38,435 nt of DNA from a virus (taxonomy: Duplodnaviria > Caudoviricetes). Location of the stretch: the IMG/VR virus record IMGVR_UViG_3300037782_000050, positions 1-38,435 of that record, one strand, 5' to 3'. This document shows, in pieces, positions 19,410-27,075 of the stretch. Positions within the stretch are counted from its first letter, which is position 1, and each line of letters starts with the position of its first letter. The notes beneath the pieces are model-generated. The model was not told the origin of the DNA. It searched no databases and saw only the letters and a list, made by a program, of their open reading frames with translations. Position numbers and translations under genes: made by a program.

Positions 19410-19805
19410 ATGGCGACGCTCGGCATCTGGCCCCTCGCTGCGCTCGTCGAGGACCCTGACCGGCAGGCCCGCCGCACCTGGGTCCTGTCGACCGACACCG
19501 CCATCGAGGGCGTCGTCATCCCCGCCGGGTTCCTCACCGATCTTGCGTCGGTGCCGCGGTGGGCGACCCCGCTCATCGACCGCACAGCGTGGCCATGGGT
19601 AGCCGCAGGCATCGTCCACGACTTCCGATACGTAGCGCACGAGACCGACCGTGCCGCCGCTGACGCGGAGATGTCTGACATCGCCCGCCAGCTCGGTGCG
19701 TCACGCCGAGCAGCTTTCGCTGCGTGGGTTGCCGTGAGGCTCTTCGGACGCAGGGCATGGCAAACCCGCGGCGCCGAAGGTCTCAACGGTCGAACCTTGC
19801 GATGA
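19410..19805 (+). CDS. DUF1353-family protein
   Basis: IPAGFLTDLASVPR..AGIVHDFRY..RAAAD..WVAVRLFG signature. Confidence 0.85.
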   Translation: MATLGIWPLAALVEDPDRQARRTWVLSTDTAIEGVVIPAGFLTDLASVPRWATPLIDRTAWPWVAAGIVHDFRYVAHETDRAAADAEMSDIARQLGASRRAAFAAWVAVRLFGRRAWQTRGAEGLNGRTLR

Positions 19806-19993
19806 CCTCGACCATCTGGCGGCGCATCGCCAGATGGTGGAACGAGCTCCACACCGGCGTCCCGAACCCCTGCCCGCCCGGGCACCACGTCCTCACCGCG
19901 CCTGTCGACCACGGCACCGGCCTCCGCGTTCAACGCTGCGGCCGATGCGACGTCCTCCTCATCGCCCCACCCGACCCGCCAACAGGAGAATGA
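19802..19993 (+). CDS. Small putative zinc-ribbon protein
   Basis: CPPGHH..RCGRC; ATGA coupled on both ends. Confidence 0.55.
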   Translation: MTSTIWRRIARWWNELHTGVPNPCPPGHHVLTAPVDHGTGLRVQRCGRCDVLLIAPPDPPTGE

Positions 19994-19995
19994 CC

Positions 19996-20220
19996 ATGCT
20001 CACCAAGATCACCACCCGGCTCACGACCGAGCCTGCGATCCGCAACGCCGTCCTCGCCCTCGCCGGCCTCATCGTCATCGAGGTCCTCGACGTCATCGAG
20101 CTCTCCGGCGGGACCACCGCGGCGATCGCTGCGGCGATCCTCGGACAAGCCGGGATCACCCGCGGCGAGGTCACCCCCGTGGCCAAGCTCGACCCGAAGG
20201 CGAAGCGGGTCACCGGCTGA
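19996..20220 (+). CDS. Holin-like membrane protein (alternative in-frame start 19990)
   Basis: Two hydrophobic segments, TEPAI..GITRGEVTPV motif, basic tail, directly upstream of endolysin; SD aggag. Confidence 0.7.
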   Translation: MLTKITTRLTTEPAIRNAVLALAGLIVIEVLDVIELSGGTTAAIAAAILGQAGITRGEVTPVAKLDPKAKRVTG

Positions 20221-21083
20221 TGACTGTGCCGCGCCTCGTCGACGGGATCATCGACACCTACGTCCCGTGCCGTGACCAGTGGCCCCGCGAGGGGCGGATC
20301 ATGTACTTCGGGCTGCACGTCCCCGTCTTCCCCGAGAGGTTGGACGGCGCCGAACGCATCGCCGCCTACTTCCGCGACCCGCGCAACGCCGACGGCACCC
20401 CCCGGATCGCGTCCACGCACTTCACTCTCGACGCCAACTCGACGGTTCGCTGCGCCGACGACGACAAGGCCTGCGCGTCGGCGCGGGGCATCAACCACAC
20501 CGGCATCCACGTGGAGATCACGGGCTACGCCGACCAGACCACCGAACAATGGACCGACCGGTTCTCACGCCGCAGCCTCGCCCGCTGCGCCCGACTGTTC
20601 CGCCTCTACCACGAGGCCTACGACCTGCGCCCCACCATCCTCTCCGCCGCCGAGCTCCGCGCCGGCACGAAGACCGGGCTGGTGAAGCACTCCACGGCGT
20701 GGGAGGTGTTCGGCGGCGACGTGCGCACCGACCCCGGTGAGCACTTCCCTGACGAACTGTTCGTGGCGATGTGCCGCGATGAGATCCGATCGGAGCACAC
20801 CATGGACGTCGAGACCCTCGACTTCGACCAGTGGCACCAGGCGTACAACGCTGCGAACCCGAAGCGGTACTCGAGCGTCGTCGAGTTCGTCCAGCGGGGC
20901 CTTCGGTCGATGGGCTTGTACGGCGACGGGTGGCGCATCGACGGCCGTAAGGGGCCCATCACCGACGCCGCGTGGGCGAACTACGAAGGCGCCGAGTTCC
21001 CCCGACGAGACCCTGCGAAGGCGAACGCTCACGCCGGGCAGCTCGCATGGTCCCGGTTTCTGCACGACCTCGGACTCCGCTGA
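20220..21083 (+). CDS. Endolysin, N-acetylmuramoyl-L-alanine amidase (Amidase_2) with C-terminal PG-binding-like domain
   Basis: LH, ASTHFTLD, NHTGIHVEITG, KH..TDPG; VQRGL..IDGRKGPIT peptidoglycan-binding pattern. Confidence 0.88.
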   Translation: MTVPRLVDGIIDTYVPCRDQWPREGRIMYFGLHVPVFPERLDGAERIAAYFRDPRNADGTPRIASTHFTLDANSTVRCADDDKACASARGINHTGIHVEITGYADQTTEQWTDRFSRRSLARCARLFRLYHEAYDLRPTILSAAELRAGTKTGLVKHSTAWEVFGGDVRTDPGEHFPDELFVAMCRDEIRSEHTMDVETLDFDQWHQAYNAANPKRYSSVVEFVQRGLRSMGLYGDGWRIDGRKGPITDAAWANYEGAEFPRRDPAKANAHAGQLAWSRFLHDLGLR

Positions 21084-21092
21084 CCCCGACCT

Positions 21093-21491
21093 ATGCCGTC
21101 CCGTCTCATGCCTCGGCAGCCGATCGGCCGAACCTGGTGGGTACGGGTCCCCGGCTTCGTCGTCGGCGCCGCGGCGCTCAACCGGGCCGACTGGCTGTGG
21201 CGCGACACACCCGCCTCACTCAACGACGCCCCATGGCTGCCGGAGTTCGCCATCGCGTTCGCCGTCGTCGGCGTCGTCAACCTCGTGTGGCACACCACCG
21301 CGCCATGGCGCACCACCACCGGCGCGCCATGGGTCGCTCTCGCCACGTTCACCGTGTGGATGGCCTACGCGCTCACGATCCTCGCCGACCTCGGCCTCGA
21401 CCGCGTCCGCGCCACCGCCTTCGACCTGATGGCTCTCGCCGTCATGATCGCCTGGACCTGGGGCCCCGACCGGGAACGCATCGATGCTTGA
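21093..21491 (+). CDS. Multi-pass membrane protein (lysis region)
   Basis: About four hydrophobic segments; start may be 21093 or 21108. Confidence 0.6.
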   Translation: MPSRLMPRQPIGRTWWVRVPGFVVGAAALNRADWLWRDTPASLNDAPWLPEFAIAFAVVGVVNLVWHTTAPWRTTTGAPWVALATFTVWMAYALTILADLGLDRVRATAFDLMALAVMIAWTWGPDRERIDA

Positions 21492-21858
21492 CCCGATCAC
21501 CGCGTACGCAGCGAAGATCGCCGCGACGACGACCGCCGGCGGTGTCCTGTCGGCCTGGTCGCTCGTCCAGGCCCAGACCGGCGTCGATGTCGGCTCCGCG
21601 TTCACGGCGGTCTCAGGTGTCGGCCTGCTCACTGCCGGATGCTGGAAGCTGCTCGCCGATCACACCGCCGTCGAACGGGAACGGCAGACGCAAGCGAACC
21701 GGATCGTCGCCCTCGAGGCCGAGGTCGCCGCTGCTGAGGCTCAGGCACGCGAGGCCCACATGCGTCTCCAGTCGCTGCGCGAGCACGTCCTACGCCTCGG
21801 CCTCGACCCCGACACCCTCACCGCGTTCCGAGATCACCACGAAGGAGACCCCCCATGA
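21484..21858 (+). CDS. Membrane-anchored coiled-coil protein (lysis accessory)
   Basis: N-terminal hydrophobic segments then heptad region RIVALEAEVAAAEAQAREAHMRLQSLRE. Confidence 0.6.
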   Translation: MLDPITAYAAKIAATTTAGGVLSAWSLVQAQTGVDVGSAFTAVSGVGLLTAGCWKLLADHTAVERERQTQANRIVALEAEVAAAEAQAREAHMRLQSLREHVLRLGLDPDTLTAFRDHHEGDPP

Positions 21859-22046
21859 AGCTCCCCGCCATCATCAGGACCGAACCGGCGATCGTCTCCC
21901 AGGTTGTCGCCCTACTGGCGTTGATCCTGGCCGATGCCATCGAATGGATCGAGATCGGCCTCGGCGAATGGGCGCCGATCGTCGGCGCCGTCCTCGCCGC
22001 CGCAGGTATCACCCGCCAGTCGGTCACGCCGACGTCGAAGCTGTAG
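21855..22046 (+). CDS. Second holin-like protein, paralogue of 19996-20220
   Basis: SD gaaggag; TEPAI..AGITRQSVTPTSKL matches first holin-like gene. Confidence 0.7.
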   Translation: MKLPAIIRTEPAIVSQVVALLALILADAIEWIEIGLGEWAPIVGAVLAAAGITRQSVTPTSKL

Positions 22047-22097
22047 GACTGACCGGGCCGGGCCCCGGCAGGGCACGACAACCGGATCGGTCACAGC

Positions 22098-22147
22098 AGA
22101 GCCCGCCGCGGCGCCTCTCCCTTCCCTGGAGGCGCCCGGCGGGCTCT
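22098..22147. terminator. Stem-loop between convergent late and immunity transcription units
   Basis: agagcccgccg/cggcgggctct outer stem plus ggcgcctc/gaggcgcc inner stem. Confidence 0.7.
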
Positions 22148-22160
22148 CGCGCGTCTCGGG

Positions 22161-22619
22161 TCAGGTCGACCCGTAGCGATCGACGAGCTCGGCTCGGATC
22201 TCGTCGGCACCTGGGATGCAACTCTCGCCGTCCCCGCCGGAGTCGACGCCGATCACGAACCACCCGTCGGGTGTCTCGACGAGCTCCAGGAGCGCCCGCC
22301 GGCTGGCCCCGGTCGTCGTCTCGGTCGCAGTGGCGTCGACGAACGTCGCGCCTCCCTCGACGTACTCGTCGCCGACGTCGATGTCGACCCGGTAGCCGGC
22401 GGGGTTCGATCCGAACCCGCCCTCGATCAGACACGCCGTGTACTCCGCCCGCGTCGTCGCCGCCTGCATCTCTGGCGGCAGCGTGTCCCAGATCGCCTCG
22501 GTGTCGCCGTCGAACGTCGCCTCGAGGTAGGCCCTGGCCTCGACCTGGGCGCCGCTCTCGGCGCCGTCGCCGCATCCGACGATCATCATCATGGCCACGA
22601 CCGCTGCGAGCTGCCTCAT
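22161..22619 (-). CDS. Lipoprotein with NTF2-like (DUF4878-like) domain; candidate superinfection exclusion
   Basis: Signal peptide with lipobox IVG-C; ARAYLEA..GD..AIWDTL..LVETPDGWFV pattern; downstream of integrase. Confidence 0.7.
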   Translation of the reverse strand: MRQLAAVVAMMMIVGCGDGAESGAQVEARAYLEATFDGDTEAIWDTLPPEMQAATTRAEYTACLIEGGFGSNPAGYRVDIDVGDEYVEGGATFVDATATETTTGASRRALLELVETPDGWFVIGVDSGGDGESCIPGADEIRAELVDRYGST

Positions 22620-22637
22620 GGCCAGCGACGGTACCGG

Positions 22638-23396
22638 TCAGGCGGCCATGCGGTCCACGATGTCGAGGCCCTGGTCGGCGAACGCCACGTAGATCTCGGT
22701 CGTCGCGCTCGAGGCGTGCCCGAGGAACGCTTGCGTGGCCCGCAGGTCATGCCCGGACGCCTGGTAGTACCTGGTGGCGGCGAGGTGGCGGAGCTGATGG
22801 CAGGTCGCGTCGACGCCGCAGCGGCGCATGAACCACGAGACCCGCTGCCCGACCTGGCGCGGGGTCACGTCCCACGGCCCGGCCCGCTGGAGCGCGTCGG
22901 CGAGACGCAGCGACATCGGCACGACCCGCTGCCGTGAGCCCTTGCCGTGGACGTGTAGGCGACGGCCCATGATCGACTCGGGTGTCGTGCGTGCGATCTC
23001 GGCGCGTCGGAGCCCTGCGTCGCCGCCGAGGAGCAGCCAGGCCCGCATCGTCGGCGGCGCGTCGGCGAGGACGGCGGCGAACTGTTCGGAGCTGATCGGC
23101 CTCGGAGCGCCCTTCGTCGCGGGTGCCGGCGGGACCTTGCGCATCGGGTCGATGTCGAGGAGCTCGGCGTCGAGCGCCCACCGGTAGAACGCTGCGAGCG
23201 CGACCCGGTAGGCGTGCCGCGTGTTGGCCGGTGCGTCGTTCCACCGGGACAGATACGCCCGGATGTCGTCGGCCGACGCGGTGAGCGGGTCGACGGTCTC
23301 GCAGTAGCGGGTCAGGACCCGCCGCCAGTTGTGGATCGTGACCGGGCTCCGGCCTGCGTCGTGGCACCATTCGATGAACTCCCCCGCCAGGTCCAT
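22638..23396 (-). CDS. int: Tyrosine integrase (Xer-like, no N-terminal arm-binding domain), C-terminal RMAA
   Basis: Catalytic R (GLRRAEI), K (HGKG), HxxR (HQLRH), H (LGH), Y (TEIY); 252 aa from ATG 23396. Confidence 0.92.
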   Translation of the reverse strand: MDLAGEFIEWCHDAGRSPVTIHNWRRVLTRYCETVDPLTASADDIRAYLSRWNDAPANTRHAYRVALAAFYRWALDAELLDIDPMRKVPPAPATKGAPRPISSEQFAAVLADAPPTMRAWLLLGGDAGLRRAEIARTTPESIMGRRLHVHGKGSRQRVVPMSLRLADALQRAGPWDVTPRQVGQRVSWFMRRCGVDATCHQLRHLAATRYYQASGHDLRATQAFLGHASSATTEIYVAFADQGLDIVDRMAA

Positions 23397-23402
23397 CGGT
23401 GG

Positions 23403-23431
23403 ATGGTGAGGAAGGGCCGCAAGTTGGGCAA
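23403..23431 (-). promoter_or_regulatory. Putative leaderless promoter of int
   Basis: TTGCCC-N17-CACCAT-N6-ATG on minus strand; no SD before the ATG. Confidence 0.5.
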
Positions 23432-23472
23432 TTGGAACGGCCGAGATCGGGCCGTCTGCCCCATCCATCGGG

Positions 23473-23871
23473 CTACGCAGCGTGTGCGAAGGGGAGCGCA
23501 GTGTGGCCTCCGGGGTCCGGGTCGCGGAGGTCGATCTCCATCGATCGGGGGAAGTCGACGTGGATCACGCCGGGGAACTCGAGCTCGATCGTGTCGGGGC
23601 CGACCGCGTGCTGGAAGGGATACCGGCGGGTATGTCCGACGGCCTCGGCGAAGATGCGGCCGAAGTAGTCGAGCGAGACGTCGGTGACGATCGCCCACTT
23701 GGCGATGATCTCGAACTGCACCTCCTCGGTGCCGCCGCGCTCGTAGTTGCTGATCGTCTGGCGTGAGACGTCCAGCGCTTCGGCGAGCGCCGTCTGGCTC
23801 ATCTTGGCCTCACGCCGTGCCCTTGCGAGGCGCTGGCCGAGGGTGAGTTCTTCGCTGAGTGTCTTGGGCAT
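23473..23871 (-). CDS. Immunity repressor (XRE/Cro-C1 HTH) with ssrA-like C-terminal tag PFAHAA
   Basis: LGQRLARARREAKMSQTALAEALDVSRQTISNYERG HTH; divergent from early operon; 132 aa. Confidence 0.9.
   Translation of the reverse strand: MPKTLSEELTLGQRLARARREAKMSQTALAEALDVSRQTISNYERGGTEEVQFEIIAKWAIVTDVSLDYFGRIFAEAVGHTRRYPFQHAVGPDTIELEFPGVIHVDFPRSMEIDLRDPDPGGHTALPFAHAA
23613..23640. other. Candidate attP: 28-bp dif-like recombination site inside the repressor gene
   Basis: GGAAGGGATAC-CGGCGG-GTATGTCCGAC, 11-6-11 geometry with ATAC/GTAT inner dyad, just past the HTH domain. Confidence 0.45.
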
Positions 23872-23916
23872 GGTCTGCCCCCCTTTCGCTCGCCCGGGCT
23901 TTCCCTGTCCTTCGAC

Positions 23917-23945
23917 ACTGTAAACGTCCGTCACACATATGTCCA
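23917..23945 (-). promoter_or_regulatory. Repressor promoter (SigA-like)
   Basis: TGGACA-N17-TACAGT on minus strand upstream of repressor ATG. Confidence 0.7.
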
Positions 23946-23981
23946 GACGGCGAAGATGCCCAAGATCATCGACAGAAACAC

Positions 23982-24010
23982 TTGACAACGACCGTGGGCA
24001 ATGTCAACGT
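23982..24010 (+). promoter_or_regulatory. Early rightward promoter overlapped by TTGACA-N14-TGTCAA inverted repeat (candidate operator)
   Basis: Perfect -35 TTGACA, N17, CAACGT; ATG 24019 follows 8 nt later (near-leaderless). Confidence 0.6.
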
Positions 24011-24018
24011 GTGTAGTC

Positions 24019-24192
24019 ATGACCGCAGCCCGCATACGCACCGAGCCCGGGAAGCCTGCCACGAAGATGGTGGCCGCCCGGGTGACCGAGGACCTCTACG
24101 ACGCCGTCGACGCCGCAGCCGCTGAGGACGGCGTCACCATGTCGCACTACCTCTACCGCATCCTTCGCGAGCGGTTCCCGGTGGCGTCGTGA
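24019..24192 (+). CDS. Ribbon-helix-helix DNA-binding protein in the Cro position
   Basis: KMVAARVTEDLYDAVDAAAAEDGVTMSHYLYRIL fits the Arc/CopG-like RHH pattern. Confidence 0.75.
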   Translation: MTAARIRTEPGKPATKMVAARVTEDLYDAVDAAAAEDGVTMSHYLYRILRERFPVAS

Positions 24193-24947
24193 CCCTGGTC
24201 AACGCAGAGACGGGCGAGATCGTCGCCCCGTGCTCCGAAGACCAAGCCCGAGCACTCACTGAGGCCATCCGGTCGTCGGCGAGCCGCACATGGGTCCTGT
24301 TGGAGAAGGCGCACCGCGACGCCGTGCACGTCGCTCTCGGGTACGGCTCGTGGTCGGACTACTGCCGCTCCGAATTCGACATGACCAAGCAGAACGCCTA
24401 TCTGCTGCTCGATCAGGCTCGGGTGATCGGCGAGCTGGCCGAGTCAAGCGCGCTTGACCCCAGCTCCGTTCACATCTCGGGCCGAGCGGCGCAGGACATC
24501 AAGGGCGACCTACCCGCCCTCTCGCAGCGCATCGCCGAGCGCACCGCCGACGAGGTCCCCGCCGGTGCCAGCGCCGAGGTCGAGACCGAGACGAAGCGCC
24601 GGATCATCGAGGAAGAGGTCGAGCGGACACGCCAGACCAAGAAGGCCCCGCCGCCGGTGAAGTCGTTCGACCCCGGCCGCGACGACCTCGACGACGAGCC
24701 CGAAGGCATCGACCTCGACGAGGACCTGGCAGACGAACCCGAACCCGCACCGCTCACGCCCGAGGAGCAGCGCGCCGTCGACATCGAAGCCTCCGACCGG
24801 CGCGCCGCCCGCGCCCTGGAAACCGTCATCGAACGGTGGAGCTACCTGCGGTCCTGGCTCGACGGCGACTACCGCGCCAAGCCCTACCTGTCTGAGCCCG
24901 ACCTGGTCGCGCTCGCCGAGATCGAGGAGTGGACCAATGCCCGATGA
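24189..24947 (+). CDS. Hypothetical early protein, putative DNA-binding
   Basis: ALGYGSWSDYCRSEFDMTKQNAYLL motif common in actinophage early proteins; GTGA coupling. Confidence 0.65.
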   Translation: MTLVNAETGEIVAPCSEDQARALTEAIRSSASRTWVLLEKAHRDAVHVALGYGSWSDYCRSEFDMTKQNAYLLLDQARVIGELAESSALDPSSVHISGRAAQDIKGDLPALSQRIAERTADEVPAGASAEVETETKRRIIEEEVERTRQTKKAPPPVKSFDPGRDDLDDEPEGIDLDEDLADEPEPAPLTPEEQRAVDIEASDRRAARALETVIERWSYLRSWLDGDYRAKPYLSEPDLVALAEIEEWTNAR

Positions 24948-25419
24948 GTCCCGCACGGACCGCATCCGCGAGATGCTCGACAAGGTCCGCCCCGACCGGT
25001 ACGACCCCGCCGATCACGCCTGGCACGACACCGTCAACAAGGTCATCGCAGCCGAACTGACCGACGAAGACGCCCGAGCGATCGCCGCCCGCCGCCTCGT
25101 CCGCCAGGTCGAGGGCGACTCCACGAAGGCCACGAACCGGCTCCTGCGCGAGATCCACGACACCGGCCAGCTGCCGATCGGGTGGCTCGACGCCGCGGCG
25201 TGGCCGCTCGCCGTGTCCGATCACGAACGCGTCGCCCTGCGCGCCGCATCAGTCGACGACCTCGAGGCGTTCGCTGCCCGTGAGCGACGCGCCGCAGCGA
25301 ACGACTTCGCCACACGCAACGACTCATGCGAGGGCGCCCTGTCGCTCGCTGCGCTGATGTCGTCGAAGGGCTGCAAGGTCGTCTCCGACCTCGACGACAA
25401 CGAGAGCGAGGCGTCGTGA
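24937..25419 (+). CDS. Hypothetical protein
   Basis: SD gaggag; 160 aa; strong GC3 bias. Confidence 0.65.
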   Translation: MPDESRTDRIREMLDKVRPDRYDPADHAWHDTVNKVIAAELTDEDARAIAARRLVRQVEGDSTKATNRLLREIHDTGQLPIGWLDAAAWPLAVSDHERVALRAASVDDLEAFAARERRAAANDFATRNDSCEGALSLAALMSSKGCKVVSDLDDNESEAS

Positions 25420-25658
25420 GCGACGACTGGGAACTCAGGCGGAAGCAGGCCGACGCTGAGTTGATGAAGCGGGCAGGCGTCTTGCTCGCCGCCGTGCTGC
25501 TCGGGCTGCTCCTCATCGCCCTCTGGCACACGCACATTGCCGGCGAGGTGCAGGACACCCGCCGCATGCAGCTCACCGCCGCCACCGACGTGTGCCGTGA
25601 ATCGACCGACGTCACCGGCTGCCTTGCCGTCGTCCTCGAGCTGGAGGCGGACCGGTGA
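25416..25658 (+). CDS. Single-pass membrane protein
   Basis: GTGA coupling; AGVLLAAVLLGLLLIALW TM segment. Confidence 0.6.
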   Translation: MSDDWELRRKQADAELMKRAGVLLAAVLLGLLLIALWHTHIAGEVQDTRRMQLTAATDVCRESTDVTGCLAVVLELEADR

Positions 25659-25789
25659 TCCACCTCGATCGCAGCCCCGCCCCGCCCGACCTGGACCGGG
25701 AGCTCGTCGTCTCCGCTCTCTGCGTCCTCGCCGCTGCGCTCGCCGCACCTGTGGCGATGGTCGCCCTGATCCTCGGGGTGCTCGCGTGA
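25655..25789 (+). CDS. 44-aa membrane peptide (absent from ORF track)
   Basis: SD ggagg, GTGA overlaps at both ends; MIHLDRSPAPPDLDRELVVSALCVLAAALAAPVAMVALILGVLA. Confidence 0.6.
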   Translation: MIHLDRSPAPPDLDRELVVSALCVLAAALAAPVAMVALILGVLA

Positions 25790-26400
25790 GCTCCTACCGC
25801 AAGGACGTCCTGATCTGCGTCGCCATCGGCGCCCTGTTCGGCGCAGCGATGGGGCTCACGTTCCTGGCGCATCCGGCCTACGGCCAAGACGTCGAGCGTT
25901 GCACGGTGCAGACGTTCGACCCGCCGATCGGGCCGACCTGGCAGATGCCCGGCGACGCCGACACCGTGACCGTGACGCTCGCCGACGGCACCGTCGAGGT
26001 CCTGGCGGGCCCGTTCCGGCTCGGCGACGTCATCGTCTCGAGCGGCCCGGTCCGCTCGATTGAGAAGTGCACGACGGTCGGGGAGGAGCCGACTCCCCCC
26101 GGACCGACCCCGACCGTCGTGCCTACCCTGACCCCGGAACCGACACCGGTCCCGTCGGTCACGCCGACCCCGGAACCGTCCGTGACGCCGGAGCCGATCC
26201 CGAGCTCGACGCCGATCATCCCGCCTCCGCCGACCCCGCCCGAGCCGACACCGACTCCGACGCCGGTGTCGCCCCCCACGGCGACGCCGACGGTGCCGAC
26301 CCTGCCCGCGACCGGCACATCGGCGACGGCGCCTCTCGCCCTGGTCGGGGTCGCCCTGATCGTCGGCGGCCTGATCCTCGCCCGCAAGGGCCCGTCCTAG
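25786..26400 (+). CDS. LPXTG sortase-anchored surface protein
   Basis: Signal peptide ending AYG-Q, small two-Cys beta domain, Pro/Thr stalk, LPATG, hydrophobic segment, RK tail. Confidence 0.8.
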   Translation: MSSYRKDVLICVAIGALFGAAMGLTFLAHPAYGQDVERCTVQTFDPPIGPTWQMPGDADTVTVTLADGTVEVLAGPFRLGDVIVSSGPVRSIEKCTTVGEEPTPPGPTPTVVPTLTPEPTPVPSVTPTPEPSVTPEPIPSSTPIIPPPPTPPEPTPTPTPVSPPTATPTVPTLPATGTSATAPLALVGVALIVGGLILARKGPS

Positions 26401-26443
26401 TCCTGCCTGGCCGTGGCCGTCCGCCCGGAACGGTCAGGCATCA

Positions 26444-26476
26444 GCCCCGCCCCGGCGCCGCCATCCGGGGCGGGGC
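26444..26476 (+). terminator. 12-bp GC stem-loop in early operon
   Basis: gccccgccccgg / ccggggcggggc. Confidence 0.55.
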
Positions 26477-26508
26477 ACCAACCGCAACCACATCGAAGGG
26501 AAGACCCG

Positions 26509-26782
26509 ATGAGCACCACCGAATACGAGATCCTGGACCGCCGACGAGCTACCGAGAATGTCACGGCCGGGAGCCGGCTCGAGGCTGTCGCCGGCGAATC
26601 AGCAGCTCCGAGACGCAGCCCACGCGTCACCTGGCGTCTGGCGAGGCGTCGATCACGGCGACTCCCGCACGGCGAACCATTACGCCTCGCCGTGGCGGAA
26701 CCGCATCAAGCACGGCGAGCCGTACGAGGTCGCTGTCCGCTCCGGGGTCCTGTGGCTGCGGTGGCTCAGCGAGGCGTCGTGA
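26509..26782 (+). CDS. Hypothetical protein, apparently frameshifted near its 5' end (or starting at ATG 26558)
   Basis: SD-preceded ATG 26509 is out of frame with the GC3-biased +1 frame that ends at the GTGA overlap 26779-26782. Confidence 0.5.
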
Positions 26783-27075
26783 GCACCATTCTGCAACGGT
26801 GGGCTGAGCACGCCGCCGAGATGTCCGACATGGAACGGCGTCAGGCCGCTGCTGACCAGCTCCGGCACCTGATCGCCTCAGACGTGCCGCTCTCCGCGAC
26901 CGCCGAGCACTCGATCGCCCTGGTGGCCGAGATGCTCGACCCTCGGGACTCGGCCGCCGAGGCGGGCCTGATCCTCGATCAGACCGGGCCCGGCATGTTC
27001 CGATGCGTCAGCTGCGGCACCGCCGTCGCGACGGCCGACGTGTTCCGCCACTACTGCTCGAGGGCAGCCTCATGA
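26779..27075 (+). CDS. Hypothetical protein with C-terminal zinc finger
   Basis: FRCVSCG..FRHYC; GTG after gagg. Confidence 0.6.
   Translation: MSTILQRWAEHAAEMSDMERRQAAADQLRHLIASDVPLSATAEHSIALVAEMLDPRDSAAEAGLILDQTGPGMFRCVSCGTAVATADVFRHYCSRAAS

Noticed and set aside
22047-22160. Intergenic attP downstream of integrase module
   Set aside because: Occupied by GC-rich hairpins with no AT-rich core or arm repeats; not excluded, but less supported than the intragenic site
23500-23550. ggtcgcggaggtcgatctcc as a tRNA-derived att core
   Set aside because: Lacks GTTCRA T-loop and acceptor-stem pairing; no tRNA gene recognised anywhere in the window
23872-23988. Longer 171-aa repressor start from the ORF track
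   Set aside because: Extension runs through the predicted promoter; ATG 23871 has a purine-rich SD and directly precedes the HTH
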